Source: Actinomycetota bacterium (GTDB taxonomy: Bacteria; Actinomycetota; Geothermincolia; Geothermincolales; RBG-13-55-18). Taken from it: a stretch of 64,000 bases of DNA. The stretch lies in contig JAQVFR010000003.1 of the NCBI GenBank assembly GCA_028697145.1, forward strand, positions 3,988-67,987, in the 5' to 3' direction. The notes beneath the pieces were generated by a model that was given only the letters and a program-made list of their open reading frames with translations, was not told the origin of the DNA and did no database searches. Made by a program: the position numbers and the translations under genes. Each line of letters begins with the position of its first letter. Position 1 is the stretch's first letter. Below are positions 47,582 to 57,089 of the stretch, one piece after another.

Positions 47582-47837
47582 TAGCGCCCGCAACGGCGGC
47601 GCCGCAGGTGTGGCTGCATACCGCGGGAGGATACCGGCCACAAACATGGGTCAGCTCAAAAGGGAGGAAACCGGCCGCGCCGCATGGGCGACGCAAGGTT
47701 CAGCGGATTTGCACGCGATGAAAAGGGGCGCGGATCGCCGCGCCCCTTCCGTTGCGTGAGAATATACCCTTGTTCGCCCAGTGGGGTCCCGGTCGGCCTT
47801 CGGCCCGGGGCGTGATGACGAGAGAAAAGGGCCCCCG

Positions 47838-48263
47838 TCAGGGAAGATAGACGGTCGCCTCTCCCCCCTTGAGCACCTCGCTGCCGTCGTCTTTCTCGGC
47901 CCATACATCCAGGACAACAAGGTTGCCCTCCAGCTTCTCCCGCACCTTTCCCTTGAAGATCACCGTCTGTTCGGGTATAACCATGCCCCGGAACTGGCAG
48001 GACAGCTTCTTGAGATAGCCGGGATCGCCGATCCAGTCCACGACCGTCTTCCCCAGCAGGGCCATATTGAAGAGCCCGTGGGCGATGACGTCGGGGAGCA
48101 TGGCCACTTCCTTGGCGAAAAATGGATTGGTATGGATAGGGTTGAAGTCGCCGCTGGCCCCTGCGTATATGATGGCGTCCATGCGGTCGAACTTGTGGGT
48201 GAAGGCCGGGACTTCCTGGCCCACCTGGATATCGTCGTACTTGAGGCTCGTGAGTTCCGTCAT
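47838..48263 (-). CDS. MaoC-like dehydratase (hot-dog fold), C-type subunit of a tandem pair
   Basis: 142 aa beginning MTELTSLKYDDIQVGQEV...ASGDFNPIHTNPFFAKEV...AHGLF. The ATG at 48263 follows GGGGAGG. The ORF-track N-terminal extension is R-rich noise. Confidence 0.75.
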   Translation of the reverse strand: MTELTSLKYDDIQVGQEVPAFTHKFDRMDAIIYAGASGDFNPIHTNPFFAKEVAMLPDVIAHGLFNMALLGKTVVDWIGDPGYLKKLSCQFRGMVIPEQTVIFKGKVREKLEGNLVVLDVWAEKDDGSEVLKGGEATVYLP

Positions 48264-48268
48264 GGCGA

Positions 48269-48706
48269 TCAACCTCCCCGGATGATGAAGGTGGCCCGGG
48301 AACGGCACACCAGCTCGTCTCGCTGGTTTTTTGCCTCCCCCTCGTAGACCACGAAGTCCAGGTTGCCCTTCTCGTAGATGTCCGCTATCTTCCCGGTCTC
48401 CACGATGATGTCGTTCGGCTTCACCACCGTGAACCACTCGAACTCCTGGGCGCCGTGCACCAGCATGGCCAAGTTGAGCTTGACCTCCGGGTCCAGGAGG
48501 ACCATCCCCGCGCCGCGCAAGGCGTAGACGGCGGCGAAGTTGGGCATGCCGATTATATCCCCGTACTTCGTGCCCCTGGAGAATTCCTCGTCGTGATAGA
48601 TGGGTCGCTCGTCCTTGGCGGCCGAGGCGTACTCCCTCATCTTCTCTCGACCGATCTCGTACTTGAGCGGTCCGTAAGCCTTCCCGATCCACTTGTGGTC
48701 GACCAT
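48269..48706 (-). CDS. Hot-dog fold protein (MaoC N-terminal-like), second subunit of the tandem pair
   Basis: 145 aa beginning MVDHKWIGKAYGPLKYEIGREKMREYA... The RBS AAGGAGTGAGG precedes the ATG at 48706. The stop lies 5 nt before the next gene's start. Confidence 0.65.
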   Translation of the reverse strand: MVDHKWIGKAYGPLKYEIGREKMREYASAAKDERPIYHDEEFSRGTKYGDIIGMPNFAAVYALRGAGMVLLDPEVKLNLAMLVHGAQEFEWFTVVKPNDIIVETGKIADIYEKGNLDFVVYEGEAKNQRDELVCRSRATFIIRGG

Positions 48707-48914
48707 GGCCTCACTCCTTTCCGCATTTACCCCTCCCCATGCAAAGCAAGAAGATTCTATCACCGCCCGCTGCGCCCGGACAACAATGAAAAGGCCCCGT
48801 GGGGGCCTTTTCCAGCCTATTTGATGGTCCTTTCGTTTCTCTATTTTGTATCCGTATGGGAGGGCGGGGGTTTTTGCCTGTATTCGACAGGGCGTTCCCG
48901 CCTCCTCTGGTCTC

Positions 48915-49406
48915 TTAGCTCCCGCCGCGGTCCTGGTTCTGCGCGCCGTCACCATCGCAGGTGCTGTCGCAGGAACCGTCACAGAGCCTGTCCCGGGTGC
49001 GGTCGCAGTCACCGGCGCATTCGCCGCCCTGCACCGCGCCTCGCGCCTGCGGTCCCGCCGCGGCACCTTCCTCCGGGGTCTCGTCGCTCCATCCCTTGCG
49101 GCTCTGGGTGGAATCGCCGTCACATTCTCCGTCACAGTCGCGCTCGCGCAAACGCTCCTGAACGCAGTCGCCTTCGCACGCGCCGTTCTCGGCACCGACA
49201 CAGTTCTCCGCGCGGATATTGCTTTCCTCGCCGGCGTTGCGGCACCCGAAGGAGAAGGCGTCGCCGGCCACGCGGGTGATCCCTTCACCCTCCGCGCATC
49301 TGCCGGCTCCCCCGTCCGACACCCCTGCCGCTACGGCAATTCCAGCCGAGACGAGCAGCGCCAGCGCCACTGCGGCCACCGCGATGATCGTTCCTCTCTT
49401 CTTCAA
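48915..49406 (-). CDS. Secreted Cys-rich, Asp/Glu-rich protein of unknown function
   Basis: RBS AAAGGAGGTGA then TTG at 49406. Signal peptide MKKRGTIIAVAAVALALLVSAGIAVAAG. At least 16 Cys in repeated C-x(1-3)-G-x-C and CDG-x-CD patterns. It is divergent from the ECF sigma gene. Confidence 0.5.
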   Translation of the reverse strand: MKKRGTIIAVAAVALALLVSAGIAVAAGVSDGGAGRCAEGEGITRVAGDAFSFGCRNAGEESNIRAENCVGAENGACEGDCVQERLRERDCDGECDGDSTQSRKGWSDETPEEGAAAGPQARGAVQGGECAGDCDRTRDRLCDGSCDSTCDGDGAQNQDRGGS

Positions 49407-49583
49407 ATCCAGCTCACCTCCTTTGCCAGAATCGTTCTTACCCTTTAATACGAACCGGGCTATCGTCATGTACGCGTTATTTTTCGCCGACGCACCGGTA
49501 CAATAAGTAATCGTCATGGCTATCAGAGCGTTCATGTGAGACCCTTACTTCGTATATACAGGTAAAAGCGAAAGGCGGAGTTT

Positions 49584-50126
49584 TTGGCGCCCCTGGAGGA
49601 ACTGGCACTGCGCAGTGCCGCAGGCGATGAGAGTGCCTTTGCGGAATTATACGGGACCCTCCTCGACCCGGTGTTCAGGTACCTGTACTGGAACATTGGC
49701 TCCAGGGAGGATGCCGAGGACCTGGCCGAGGAAGTCTTTCTCAAGTGCCTGGTCAATATCAGCAGATATGACCCGAGGCGAGGCCCCTTCAAGGCCTGGG
49801 CCTTTCGCATTGCCCACAACCTGCTGGTGGACCACCAGAGGCGTCAGGGCAGGAGGGGCAGGGAAGAACTGAGGGAGGACCTGCAAGACGGGACGGCCTC
49901 GGCGCCGGATAGCCTGGAGGAGCAGGAGAGGGCAAGGATCGTGAGGGAGACCCTGGAGGAATTGCCCTCCAACCAGAGGCAGGTTATAGCGATGAAATAT
50001 TTCGCGGAGATGAGCAACGCGGAGGTGGCCAGGGCCATAGGCCGCAGCGAAGGAGCGGTGAACGCCCTGCAGCACCGCGCACTGCGCCGTCTAGGCAGAA
50101 TACTCGAGGAACGAGGTTGGAGATGA
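49584..50126 (+). CDS. ECF-subfamily RNA polymerase sigma-70 factor
   Basis: Region 2 LAEEVFLKCL...AWAFRIAHNLLVDHQR and region 4 QRQVIAMKYFAEMSNAEVARAIGRSEGAVNALQHRALRRL. TTG start follows GGCGGAG. Confidence 0.8.
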   Translation: MAPLEELALRSAAGDESAFAELYGTLLDPVFRYLYWNIGSREDAEDLAEEVFLKCLVNISRYDPRRGPFKAWAFRIAHNLLVDHQRRQGRRGREELREDLQDGTASAPDSLEEQERARIVRETLEELPSNQRQVIAMKYFAEMSNAEVARAIGRSEGAVNALQHRALRRLGRILEERGWR

Positions 50127-51121
50127 TGGCCGGCAGGAGAAGCAACGGCAAAGACGACCTGGAAACGGCGGCAGCCGCCTTCCTGGCTGAGGTGGAGATC
50201 CCCCCCGCCCCGCAGCGTTTGCGGGAGTACGGCCTCCAGCGCGTGCTGGTGAGGGCGAGGGCCAAGGAGGGCGGGAAAGCGCCCGCCACCGCCAGGCGCG
50301 CTTACCGCAATCCCGCTCTCTTGCGCCACACGCTGGTCGTTGTCGTGGCCGTACTCCTGGTGATGACGTTATCCACTACGGGAGCGTATGCGTTCTCCCT
50401 GGACGCCCAGCCCGACTCCCCCCTGTACGGGACCAAGATCTTCTTCGAGCGAGCGCGCGTTATTCTCAACCTGTCCAGCGCGGGTGACATGCGCCTGGAG
50501 ATGGATTTCTCGGAGCGCCGCATGGAGGAACTGCGCAGGATGGCCGCGTCCGGCAAGGCCGGAGGGGCGGAGCGCTGGCTGCGCGAGTACGGCCGTAACA
50601 TCGAAGTCGCCGGATCCCTCGCAGGGGCCGTGTCCGGGGAGGATGCCGAGCGCCTCTCCCTGCAGTTCCAGGAGATGCTGGAACGGCAGGCCCTGATGAT
50701 GCAGGAAATACGAAGGGGGCAGCCATCAGGGCTGGAAGAGCCGATCGAGGGCGCCTTCCGTATCTGCGACCAGGAAAGGGCGCGCATGCGCCAGCGCTGC
50801 GGGCAGCAGGGCGCCGGGGCGCCGGCGCAGGAAGGTGGCCAGGGCGATGGTGACTGCCCTCGCACGGAGGATTCGTCACCTCAGGAGGGGGCAAGCTCCG
50901 CCACCTTCATCGAGCCCTCGGGCAGCGGCAGCGCACCGGGGGAGTCCAGCCCCCTTTGCGGCGAAGGAACCCTTTCAGGTGATGCCCTTGAGGCCGGCGA
51001 TGAGCCTGTGGAAGCGGCCCCGGATGCCTCCCAGCCGAGGATCGATGCCCCGGAAAGCGAGCAGGCCAGCAGGGATATGGAATACCGGGGAGACGGCCCG
51101 GGCAAGGGACATATGCCTTGA
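50123..51121 (+). CDS. Putative anti-sigma factor, single-pass membrane protein
   Basis: ATGA overlap with the sigma-factor stop. One TM helix (LLRHTLVVVVAVLLVMTL). The extracytoplasmic domain has coiled-coil character and an acidic Pro/Gly/Ser-rich tail. Confidence 0.55.
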   Translation: MMAGRRSNGKDDLETAAAAFLAEVEIPPAPQRLREYGLQRVLVRARAKEGGKAPATARRAYRNPALLRHTLVVVVAVLLVMTLSTTGAYAFSLDAQPDSPLYGTKIFFERARVILNLSSAGDMRLEMDFSERRMEELRRMAASGKAGGAERWLREYGRNIEVAGSLAGAVSGEDAERLSLQFQEMLERQALMMQEIRRGQPSGLEEPIEGAFRICDQERARMRQRCGQQGAGAPAQEGGQGDGDCPRTEDSSPQEGASSATFIEPSGSGSAPGESSPLCGEGTLSGDALEAGDEPVEAAPDASQPRIDAPESEQASRDMEYRGDGPGKGHMP

Positions 51122-51129
51122 CCGCGGGC

Positions 51130-51627
51130 TCAGGGGGGAGGTTGGTCGCCGGAAGAGGTAGTATCCGTCTCCTCTTCATGGTAATCAAGGACGATGATGG
51201 GTATCTCCCCGGGCTTGACGAAGCCCATGCCGCGCGCCTCCGACTCCACGAAGGTATCGGTCATGTCCCATGCCTTGCGCTCCTCCAGGACCGCGGTGCG
51301 GGCTTTCTCCTCCGCCAGTTGGGACTCGGCCCGCGATAGATTACGGCGGCTCTCGATCACGCGCGTCACCGGAGCGAAAAGAACGTAGACGATCAGGCCC
51401 GCCGCCAACAGGGTCAGTATGACCGCCGCTGTCCTGCGCCTTCTCCTCACACCAGCCGGCGCCTCGCGCCGCCTGGGGGCGGCATGATCCGAGCCTTCCT
51501 TTCCAGCTTCCCTTACCCTGCTCCCCTGCACGAGGCGCAATTCGCGGGCTTCATCTCTCTGGCGGCGCGGCGCGGCCCGTGAAGCGCGAGTTGTCCTGTG
51601 GCCCATGGGTTGCGATACCCTGCTCAT
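51130..51627 (-). CDS. Septum formation initiator family protein (FtsB/DivIC-like)
   Basis: Basic N-terminus, one TM helix (AAVILTLLAAGLIVYVLF), a coiled-coil (AESQLAEEKARTAVLEERKAW) and a conserved ARGMGFVKPGEIPIIV block. Confidence 0.65.
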   Translation of the reverse strand: MSRVSQPMGHRTTRASRAAPRRQRDEARELRLVQGSRVREAGKEGSDHAAPRRREAPAGVRRRRRTAAVILTLLAAGLIVYVLFAPVTRVIESRRNLSRAESQLAEEKARTAVLEERKAWDMTDTFVESEARGMGFVKPGEIPIIVLDYHEEETDTTSSGDQPPP

Positions 51628-51831
51628 TTTTTTACTCTTCTTTTTTTTGCCAACAACTCTTGCATACTACAACAATAGTATAATATTCCACCATTAACTT
51701 ACAAGCGCATCCGGTTTAACGGACTTCTCAACGATGGGCGGGATCTATTCCTGCTCCGTATGCATGGCGCGTGGCACGGCGCAAGCCACGGAAAAAGCGG
51801 GGGCATGCTGGTCAGAGTCGTGCCGTCAAGG

Positions 51832-53475
51832 CTATCGCGGCGGGCCGGAATCGGTCCATTTCAGCCTCTCCCGCAGCTCGTCGAACCTCTTCCTCTTCGC
51901 GGGATCGATGCGCTCATAGGCGAAATCCGCCTCCTCGGTATAGAAGCCGGTGTCGGCGGCGGCGTGCGGGTCGAAGGCGGAGGATATCCTTCTCTGCCAG
52001 CGGTTGTAGTTTCCCGCCAGCGGGCTCAGGGCCTTTCGTACCGGCGCGATGAAAGCCGACAGGGGGGTCATGCACAACTCGATGGCATTGAGGGTGGCGG
52101 AGAACTCGATGGGATTGAGGGCGTCCAGGGCTCCCTTGTTGTCCACCGAATAGGCGTATAGGACCTCGCAGTGGGCCCAGGTGTTGTTCTCGTAGGGGAC
52201 GAAATAAGGGTTGTTGCCCCCGTCCTCCATGATGCACTCCCTCTCCATGAACTCCTGCTTGGCCTCTGCGATGGCATCCACCCACTTCATCTGGGTATCC
52301 AGGGCCTCGTTGCCGTCCAGGCAGGTCCCGAAGATGCCGCCGGGCCGGAAGGCCAGGGGGATGATGCTCACGCGCAGCAGGTTGAGTCCCATGAAAGAGG
52401 CCATGGGCCCCATCTTGTTCAGGTCCAGCATGAAGCCGTCGTATTCCAGGACGATGCGCTTGAGCACCTGCTCCTGGAAGGCTATCTCCCCCGCCGAGCT
52501 TCCGGCCAGGACGAGGGTCAGGGGGTAGGCGAGGGTGTCCGCGAGTATGGGCCTGATGGCCTTGGTGTCCAGGAGAGAGAAGCCGGTGTGGGGCATGACC
52601 AGTGCGGTATAAGCCACCGGGGCTATCCTGACGCAGCCGTATCCGATCTCGGATTCCCCGATCTTGTAGAGCGCGTCCGCGAACTCCCGGGGTCCGGGAA
52701 AGAACATCATGTAGAAACGCATGTGCTCCGGCACCTCCACGCGGGAGTCCAGCACCAGGCCCTCGCTCTTCAGCCGGGCCGGTCCCGGCCAGTTGTAGAG
52801 CTTGAGGGCGCACTTGGTGAAGACCCCCAGGCCCGAGAGCGCCCCCAGGGCCCCCCGCATGATGCCCCGCAGGGAGGGTCCGGGGCCGTCGCCACAGTAC
52901 CATCCCAGGCCGGACCCGGGGGTGCCCAACCTCAGCACCTCTCCGTCGGGCAGGACCCACTCCACGCCCACGACATTGCGCGCACTGTAGGCCATGTAGA
53001 TGCAGTCGTGCCCCACCCCGCTCATGGAGGTGGCGCTGGCCAGGGGCGAGCAGGAGGGACCGGCACCGATGATGTGGGTGTTGAGCCCCAGTTTCATGGT
53101 CTCGGCCTGGAGTTGGGCGCCGCTGACGTAGGGCTCGACCACGGCGATCATGTTGCGCTCGTCGATGTCCAGGATGCGGTCCATGCGGCGCATATCCAGC
53201 TGCACCACGTCCTCGGTGGTGGGCCCGGACGCCGCGCCCCAGCCGGTTGAGAGCGCCTTGAACTTGAGGCCGTGACGGTTGCATGTGCGCACGACCTCCT
53301 GCACCTCCTCGGTGCTGGACGGCAGGACAGCCGCTACGGGCCGGGTGATCCACAGCGCGGGGTCGTCGTTGAGGAAAGGCTGCCAGGTGTAACCCTCCAG
53401 CACCGCGGGCTCGCGCGATACGTTATCCGGACCTACCGCGGCCTCGAGTTCCCTATATGCCTCATCCGAGATCAT
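51832..53475 (-). CDS. FAD-linked oxidase, VAO/PCMH-type FAD-binding family (tandem paralogue 1)
   Basis: Begins MISDEAYRELEAAVGPDNVS..; has a PCMH-type FAD-binding domain (VVRTCNRHGLKFKALSTGWG..) and a C-terminal substrate domain. The RBS GGAGGTGG precedes the ATG at 53475. Confidence 0.7.
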   Translation of the reverse strand: MISDEAYRELEAAVGPDNVSREPAVLEGYTWQPFLNDDPALWITRPVAAVLPSSTEEVQEVVRTCNRHGLKFKALSTGWGAASGPTTEDVVQLDMRRMDRILDIDERNMIAVVEPYVSGAQLQAETMKLGLNTHIIGAGPSCSPLASATSMSGVGHDCIYMAYSARNVVGVEWVLPDGEVLRLGTPGSGLGWYCGDGPGPSLRGIMRGALGALSGLGVFTKCALKLYNWPGPARLKSEGLVLDSRVEVPEHMRFYMMFFPGPREFADALYKIGESEIGYGCVRIAPVAYTALVMPHTGFSLLDTKAIRPILADTLAYPLTLVLAGSSAGEIAFQEQVLKRIVLEYDGFMLDLNKMGPMASFMGLNLLRVSIIPLAFRPGGIFGTCLDGNEALDTQMKWVDAIAEAKQEFMERECIMEDGGNNPYFVPYENNTWAHCEVLYAYSVDNKGALDALNPIEFSATLNAIELCMTPLSAFIAPVRKALSPLAGNYNRWQRRISSAFDPHAAADTGFYTEEADFAYERIDPAKRKRFDELRERLKWTDSGPPR

Positions 53476-53818
53476 GCAGCCACCTCCATGTCCTGGCACG
53501 GACCGTTTACGCAGTCGTTGTCGCTTGTGTCCGACACGCTGTCATCTTCCCTGGACAAATCATAAGGCAAAGTACGTTTGAAATAAAGTGGCGCGTTCTC
53601 CTGGTCTAGCAGGGGTAAAAGCCCAGCAGGGCCCTCGCGGAACATTACCGACCGCCGCGTCAGCTATCGCTGTCGCAGGCGAAGTCCACCTGCGGCGTCA
53701 TGGTGCGCCCGCTGCCCTTGATGACGATCATGTCGATCTTGTGGAAGGAAAGCAGGTCGGGCAGCCAAGCGGTGCCTTCCCCTGCTGAACCAGGCCGGCT
53801 GCCCGCGGCAGCGGTACC

Positions 53819-55462
53819 TTATACCGGGTCTTCTTCGGACCCCTTGTGTTTCCTCACCAGCTCCTCAAGCTGCTTCACCTTTGACGGTTCGATGCGCGAT
53901 ATGTCGAACTCCGCCTCACCGCAGTAGAGGGTGGAGTCGGCGGCCCTGCCCGGGTCCAGCCGCTCGGATACCTTTTTCTGCCAGGTATTGAACCAGCCGG
54001 CCAGGGGGCCTATTATCCCGCGCACCCTGGGATCGGACGAGAACATAGGCTCCATGCACTGCTCCAGGGCAGCGATGGTGAAGTCCATGAAGATGGGCTC
54101 CAGGGTGGCCCGGTGCTCGTCTTTGCGCGGATCGAACTGGTAGACCACCTCGCAGTGGGCCCACATGTTGTCCTCGTACGGGACGTAATACGGATTGTCG
54201 GCCAGGTCGTCGATTATCCCCTGCCTGGCGATCCATCCCTTCTTGATCTCCATGCACTCTTCCCTCCAGTTCTCCTGGGTTTCGATAGCGTCGTTGCGGC
54301 AGAGGGCGGTGTTGAAGGAGCCGCCGATGCGGAAGACCAGCGCCGGCAGGGTGGCGCGCACGAATCCCATGAGGGCCATGGACACGAAGGGCCGGATAAC
54401 GCTCATGTCCAGCGCCAAGCCTCCGTGGTCCGCGACGATGGCCTGGAGGGCGGCGCTCTGGAAACCGACCTCCCCTTCCGAATCGCCCGCGAGGACGAAG
54501 AGCATCACGTATTCGAGGGTTTGCCCCAACACTTTCCGCAGAGAGGTGGCTTTGGTCAGCTTGCCGAAGAGGTGGGGTGCAATGACGTTCAGGTAGGCGG
54601 CGGTGGCCGTGCGCATGGCGTTGTATCCTATCTCCGACTCCCCTATCCTGAGCATCGCTTCCAGGAATCTCGCGCGGTCGGGAAGAGCGCACATGAAGAA
54701 ACCCATGTTCTCCGGTATCTCCGATTCGGCGTCCAGGAGCGTCCCCCGCGTCTTCACCACCGGCGGTCCCGTCCACTTGTAGAGCTTGAGGCAGCATGCG
54801 GTGAAGATGCCGATGCCGCCCAGGGCGCCGGCGGAGCCGCGCATGATGCCGCGCAGGGAGGGGCCCGGGCCGTCGCCGCAGAACCAATCCAGGCCGGAAC
54901 CGGGGCTTCCCACCCTGAGCACCTCGCCGTCGGGCAGCACCCACTCCGCGCCCATGACGTTGCGGGGGCTGTAGCTCATGTACACGCTGTCGTGCCCGAC
55001 TCCCCACCCCGAGGTGGCGCTGGCCAATGGGGAGCAGTTGGGGCCGGAGCCGTGGATGTGCAGGTTAAGTCCCAGTTTCATCGTCTCTGCCTGGATCTGG
55101 GCCGCGATGGCATACGGCTCCACCACCGCGTACATGTTCTTCTCGTCGATCTCCAGGATGCGGTTCATCCTACGCAGGTCTACCTGCACCACGTTGTCGT
55201 AGGTAGGCCCGCACCATACCCCCCAGCCGGTGGAGAAGGCCTTGAACTTGAGGCCGTGGCGGTTGCAGGCGCGCACCACCTCCTGCACCTCCTCGGTGCA
55301 GGAGGGCAGGACCACGGCAACCGGTCGCTTGACCCAGCGCTCCACCGGATGGTCGTTGTTGGTTGGCTGCCAGGCGTAGCCATCCAGAACGCCGGGCTCC
55401 CGGGATACGTTATCGGGACCGACCGCTTCCTCGAGTTGCGAATACGCCTCGTCCGAGATCAT
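53819..55462 (-). CDS. FAD-linked oxidase, VAO/PCMH-type family (tandem paralogue 2)
   Basis: Begins MISDEAYSQLEEAVGPDNVS..; collinear with paralogue 1 at about 60% identity by eye. The RBS GGAATGGAGG precedes the ATG at 55462. Confidence 0.7.
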   Translation of the reverse strand: MISDEAYSQLEEAVGPDNVSREPGVLDGYAWQPTNNDHPVERWVKRPVAVVLPSCTEEVQEVVRACNRHGLKFKAFSTGWGVWCGPTYDNVVQVDLRRMNRILEIDEKNMYAVVEPYAIAAQIQAETMKLGLNLHIHGSGPNCSPLASATSGWGVGHDSVYMSYSPRNVMGAEWVLPDGEVLRVGSPGSGLDWFCGDGPGPSLRGIMRGSAGALGGIGIFTACCLKLYKWTGPPVVKTRGTLLDAESEIPENMGFFMCALPDRARFLEAMLRIGESEIGYNAMRTATAAYLNVIAPHLFGKLTKATSLRKVLGQTLEYVMLFVLAGDSEGEVGFQSAALQAIVADHGGLALDMSVIRPFVSMALMGFVRATLPALVFRIGGSFNTALCRNDAIETQENWREECMEIKKGWIARQGIIDDLADNPYYVPYEDNMWAHCEVVYQFDPRKDEHRATLEPIFMDFTIAALEQCMEPMFSSDPRVRGIIGPLAGWFNTWQKKVSERLDPGRAADSTLYCGEAEFDISRIEPSKVKQLEELVRKHKGSEEDPV

Positions 55463-55654
55463 GCTGCAGCCTCCATTCCCCACACCAGCACGAGTATGAC
55501 GCTTCGTCATTTTTTGTTCGAGTAAATAATACAATCAGGCTTGCGCTAAATCAAAACCGGATGTGTCGGCTTACGGCGCATAACCTGCGTTGGCTCAGGG
55601 TTCTCGCGAGATCCTGATCCGGGTGCCCGGCCTGATAACCGGGTCAATCCCGCG

Positions 55655-57088
55655 TCAGACGGTGACGCAGTGGATGGTATTGGTGGTGGGGATGCCCTCC
55701 CCGTCGCCCTCCTTGACCCCTGCGGTCACGACTATCGTATCTCCCGCGCCCAGCAATCCCTCGCGGGAAGCGATATCCCTGGCGGTGGCGAACATCTCCT
55801 CGATGCTCCCCCTCACCTGGACCAGCCGGGGATATACGCCCCAGAAGAGCGTCAACCGTCGTGCCGTCGCCAGAGACGGAGTGGACGCAAGGATCGGCTG
55901 GCGAGGGCGGAAGCGGCTCATCTGGCGCGCCGTGAACCCCGATTCCGTCGGCGCCACGATCGCCGTAGCGCGGGTCTGGCGGGCAAGGCCGCAGGCGGAG
56001 AAGCACACCGCCTCCACCATGCCGCTGCTGATCCAGCGCCTGCGCTCGTCCAGCCAGCGATCGTAGGGAAGCACCGTCTCCGCCTTGAGGACGACCCTCC
56101 GCATGGTGTTCACGGTATCCACCGGGAAACTCCCCACCGCCGTCTCCCCAGAGAGCATCACGGCGTCGGTGGCGTCGAACACGGCGTTGGCCACGTCGGA
56201 GACCTCCGCCCGCGTGGGCGTCGGACTGTCGATCATGCTCTGCAGCATCTGGGTGGCGGTGATCACCGGCTTGCCCAGGCTTGCCGCTACCTCGATTATT
56301 TTCTGCTGCAGCAGCGGTATCTCCTCCAGGGCCATCTCCACGCCCAGGTCTCCCCTGGCGATCATCACCCCGTCTGCTTCCTCGACCACGGCCTCGAGGG
56401 CTTCCACCGCCTCCCTCTTCTCGATCTTGGCGATGACGGGGGCATCGAAGTCCAACCTCCTCATTTCCTCGCGCAATGTGGTGACGTCGCCGGGCGACCT
56501 CACGAAGGAGAGCGCCACCCAGTCAACCCCCAGCTCCCGCCCCAGTTCGAGGTCGGAGAGGTCCTTTGCGGTCAGGGGCGGTACGTCGAGGTACACTCCC
56601 GGCAGGTTGATCCCCTTGCGAGAACTCAACCACCCTCCCGCTATCACCCGGCAGTGCACCTCGTTCGCGGAGACGGCTATGACCTCGAGCCGCAGGTTGC
56701 CATCGTCGAGAAGCACGGCGTCCCCGGGGTGCAGCGCCGCCTCGAGGTGGTCTGCGTAGCCGACGCTGACGCGGTTGGCGTCGCCCACGACCTCCGCCGC
56801 CGTCAGCACAAAGCCCTGCCCGTCCTCGAGGCGGACGCCGCCGTCGTCGATCTCGCCGATCCTTATCTTGGGGCCCATGAGATCGAGGATGACACCCACC
56901 TCCCTGCCCGCGCGCCGCGAGGCTTCGCGTACGGCCTTGACTCCCTCGCGCATGTCGTCACGGTTCGAATGGGAGGCGTTGATGCGGACCACGTCCATGC
57001 CCGCCGCTATCATGCCCTGCAGCGTACCGACGTCCCTGCATGCCGGGCCGAGGGTCGCTACGATCTTGGTCTTGCGCGCCGTGTCCAT
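55655..57088 (-). CDS. pyk: Pyruvate kinase
   Basis: KIVATLGPA, MDVVRINASHS, VILDLMGPKIR, IAKIEKREAVE, MIARGDLGVE and MLSGETAVG. The ATG at 57088 follows GGGAGGGGA. Confidence 0.9.
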   Translation of the reverse strand: MDTARKTKIVATLGPACRDVGTLQGMIAAGMDVVRINASHSNRDDMREGVKAVREASRRAGREVGVILDLMGPKIRIGEIDDGGVRLEDGQGFVLTAAEVVGDANRVSVGYADHLEAALHPGDAVLLDDGNLRLEVIAVSANEVHCRVIAGGWLSSRKGINLPGVYLDVPPLTAKDLSDLELGRELGVDWVALSFVRSPGDVTTLREEMRRLDFDAPVIAKIEKREAVEALEAVVEEADGVMIARGDLGVEMALEEIPLLQQKIIEVAASLGKPVITATQMLQSMIDSPTPTRAEVSDVANAVFDATDAVMLSGETAVGSFPVDTVNTMRRVVLKAETVLPYDRWLDERRRWISSGMVEAVCFSACGLARQTRATAIVAPTESGFTARQMSRFRPRQPILASTPSLATARRLTLFWGVYPRLVQVRGSIEEMFATARDIASREGLLGAGDTIVVTAGVKEGDGEGIPTTNTIHCVTV

Positions 57089-57089
57089 C

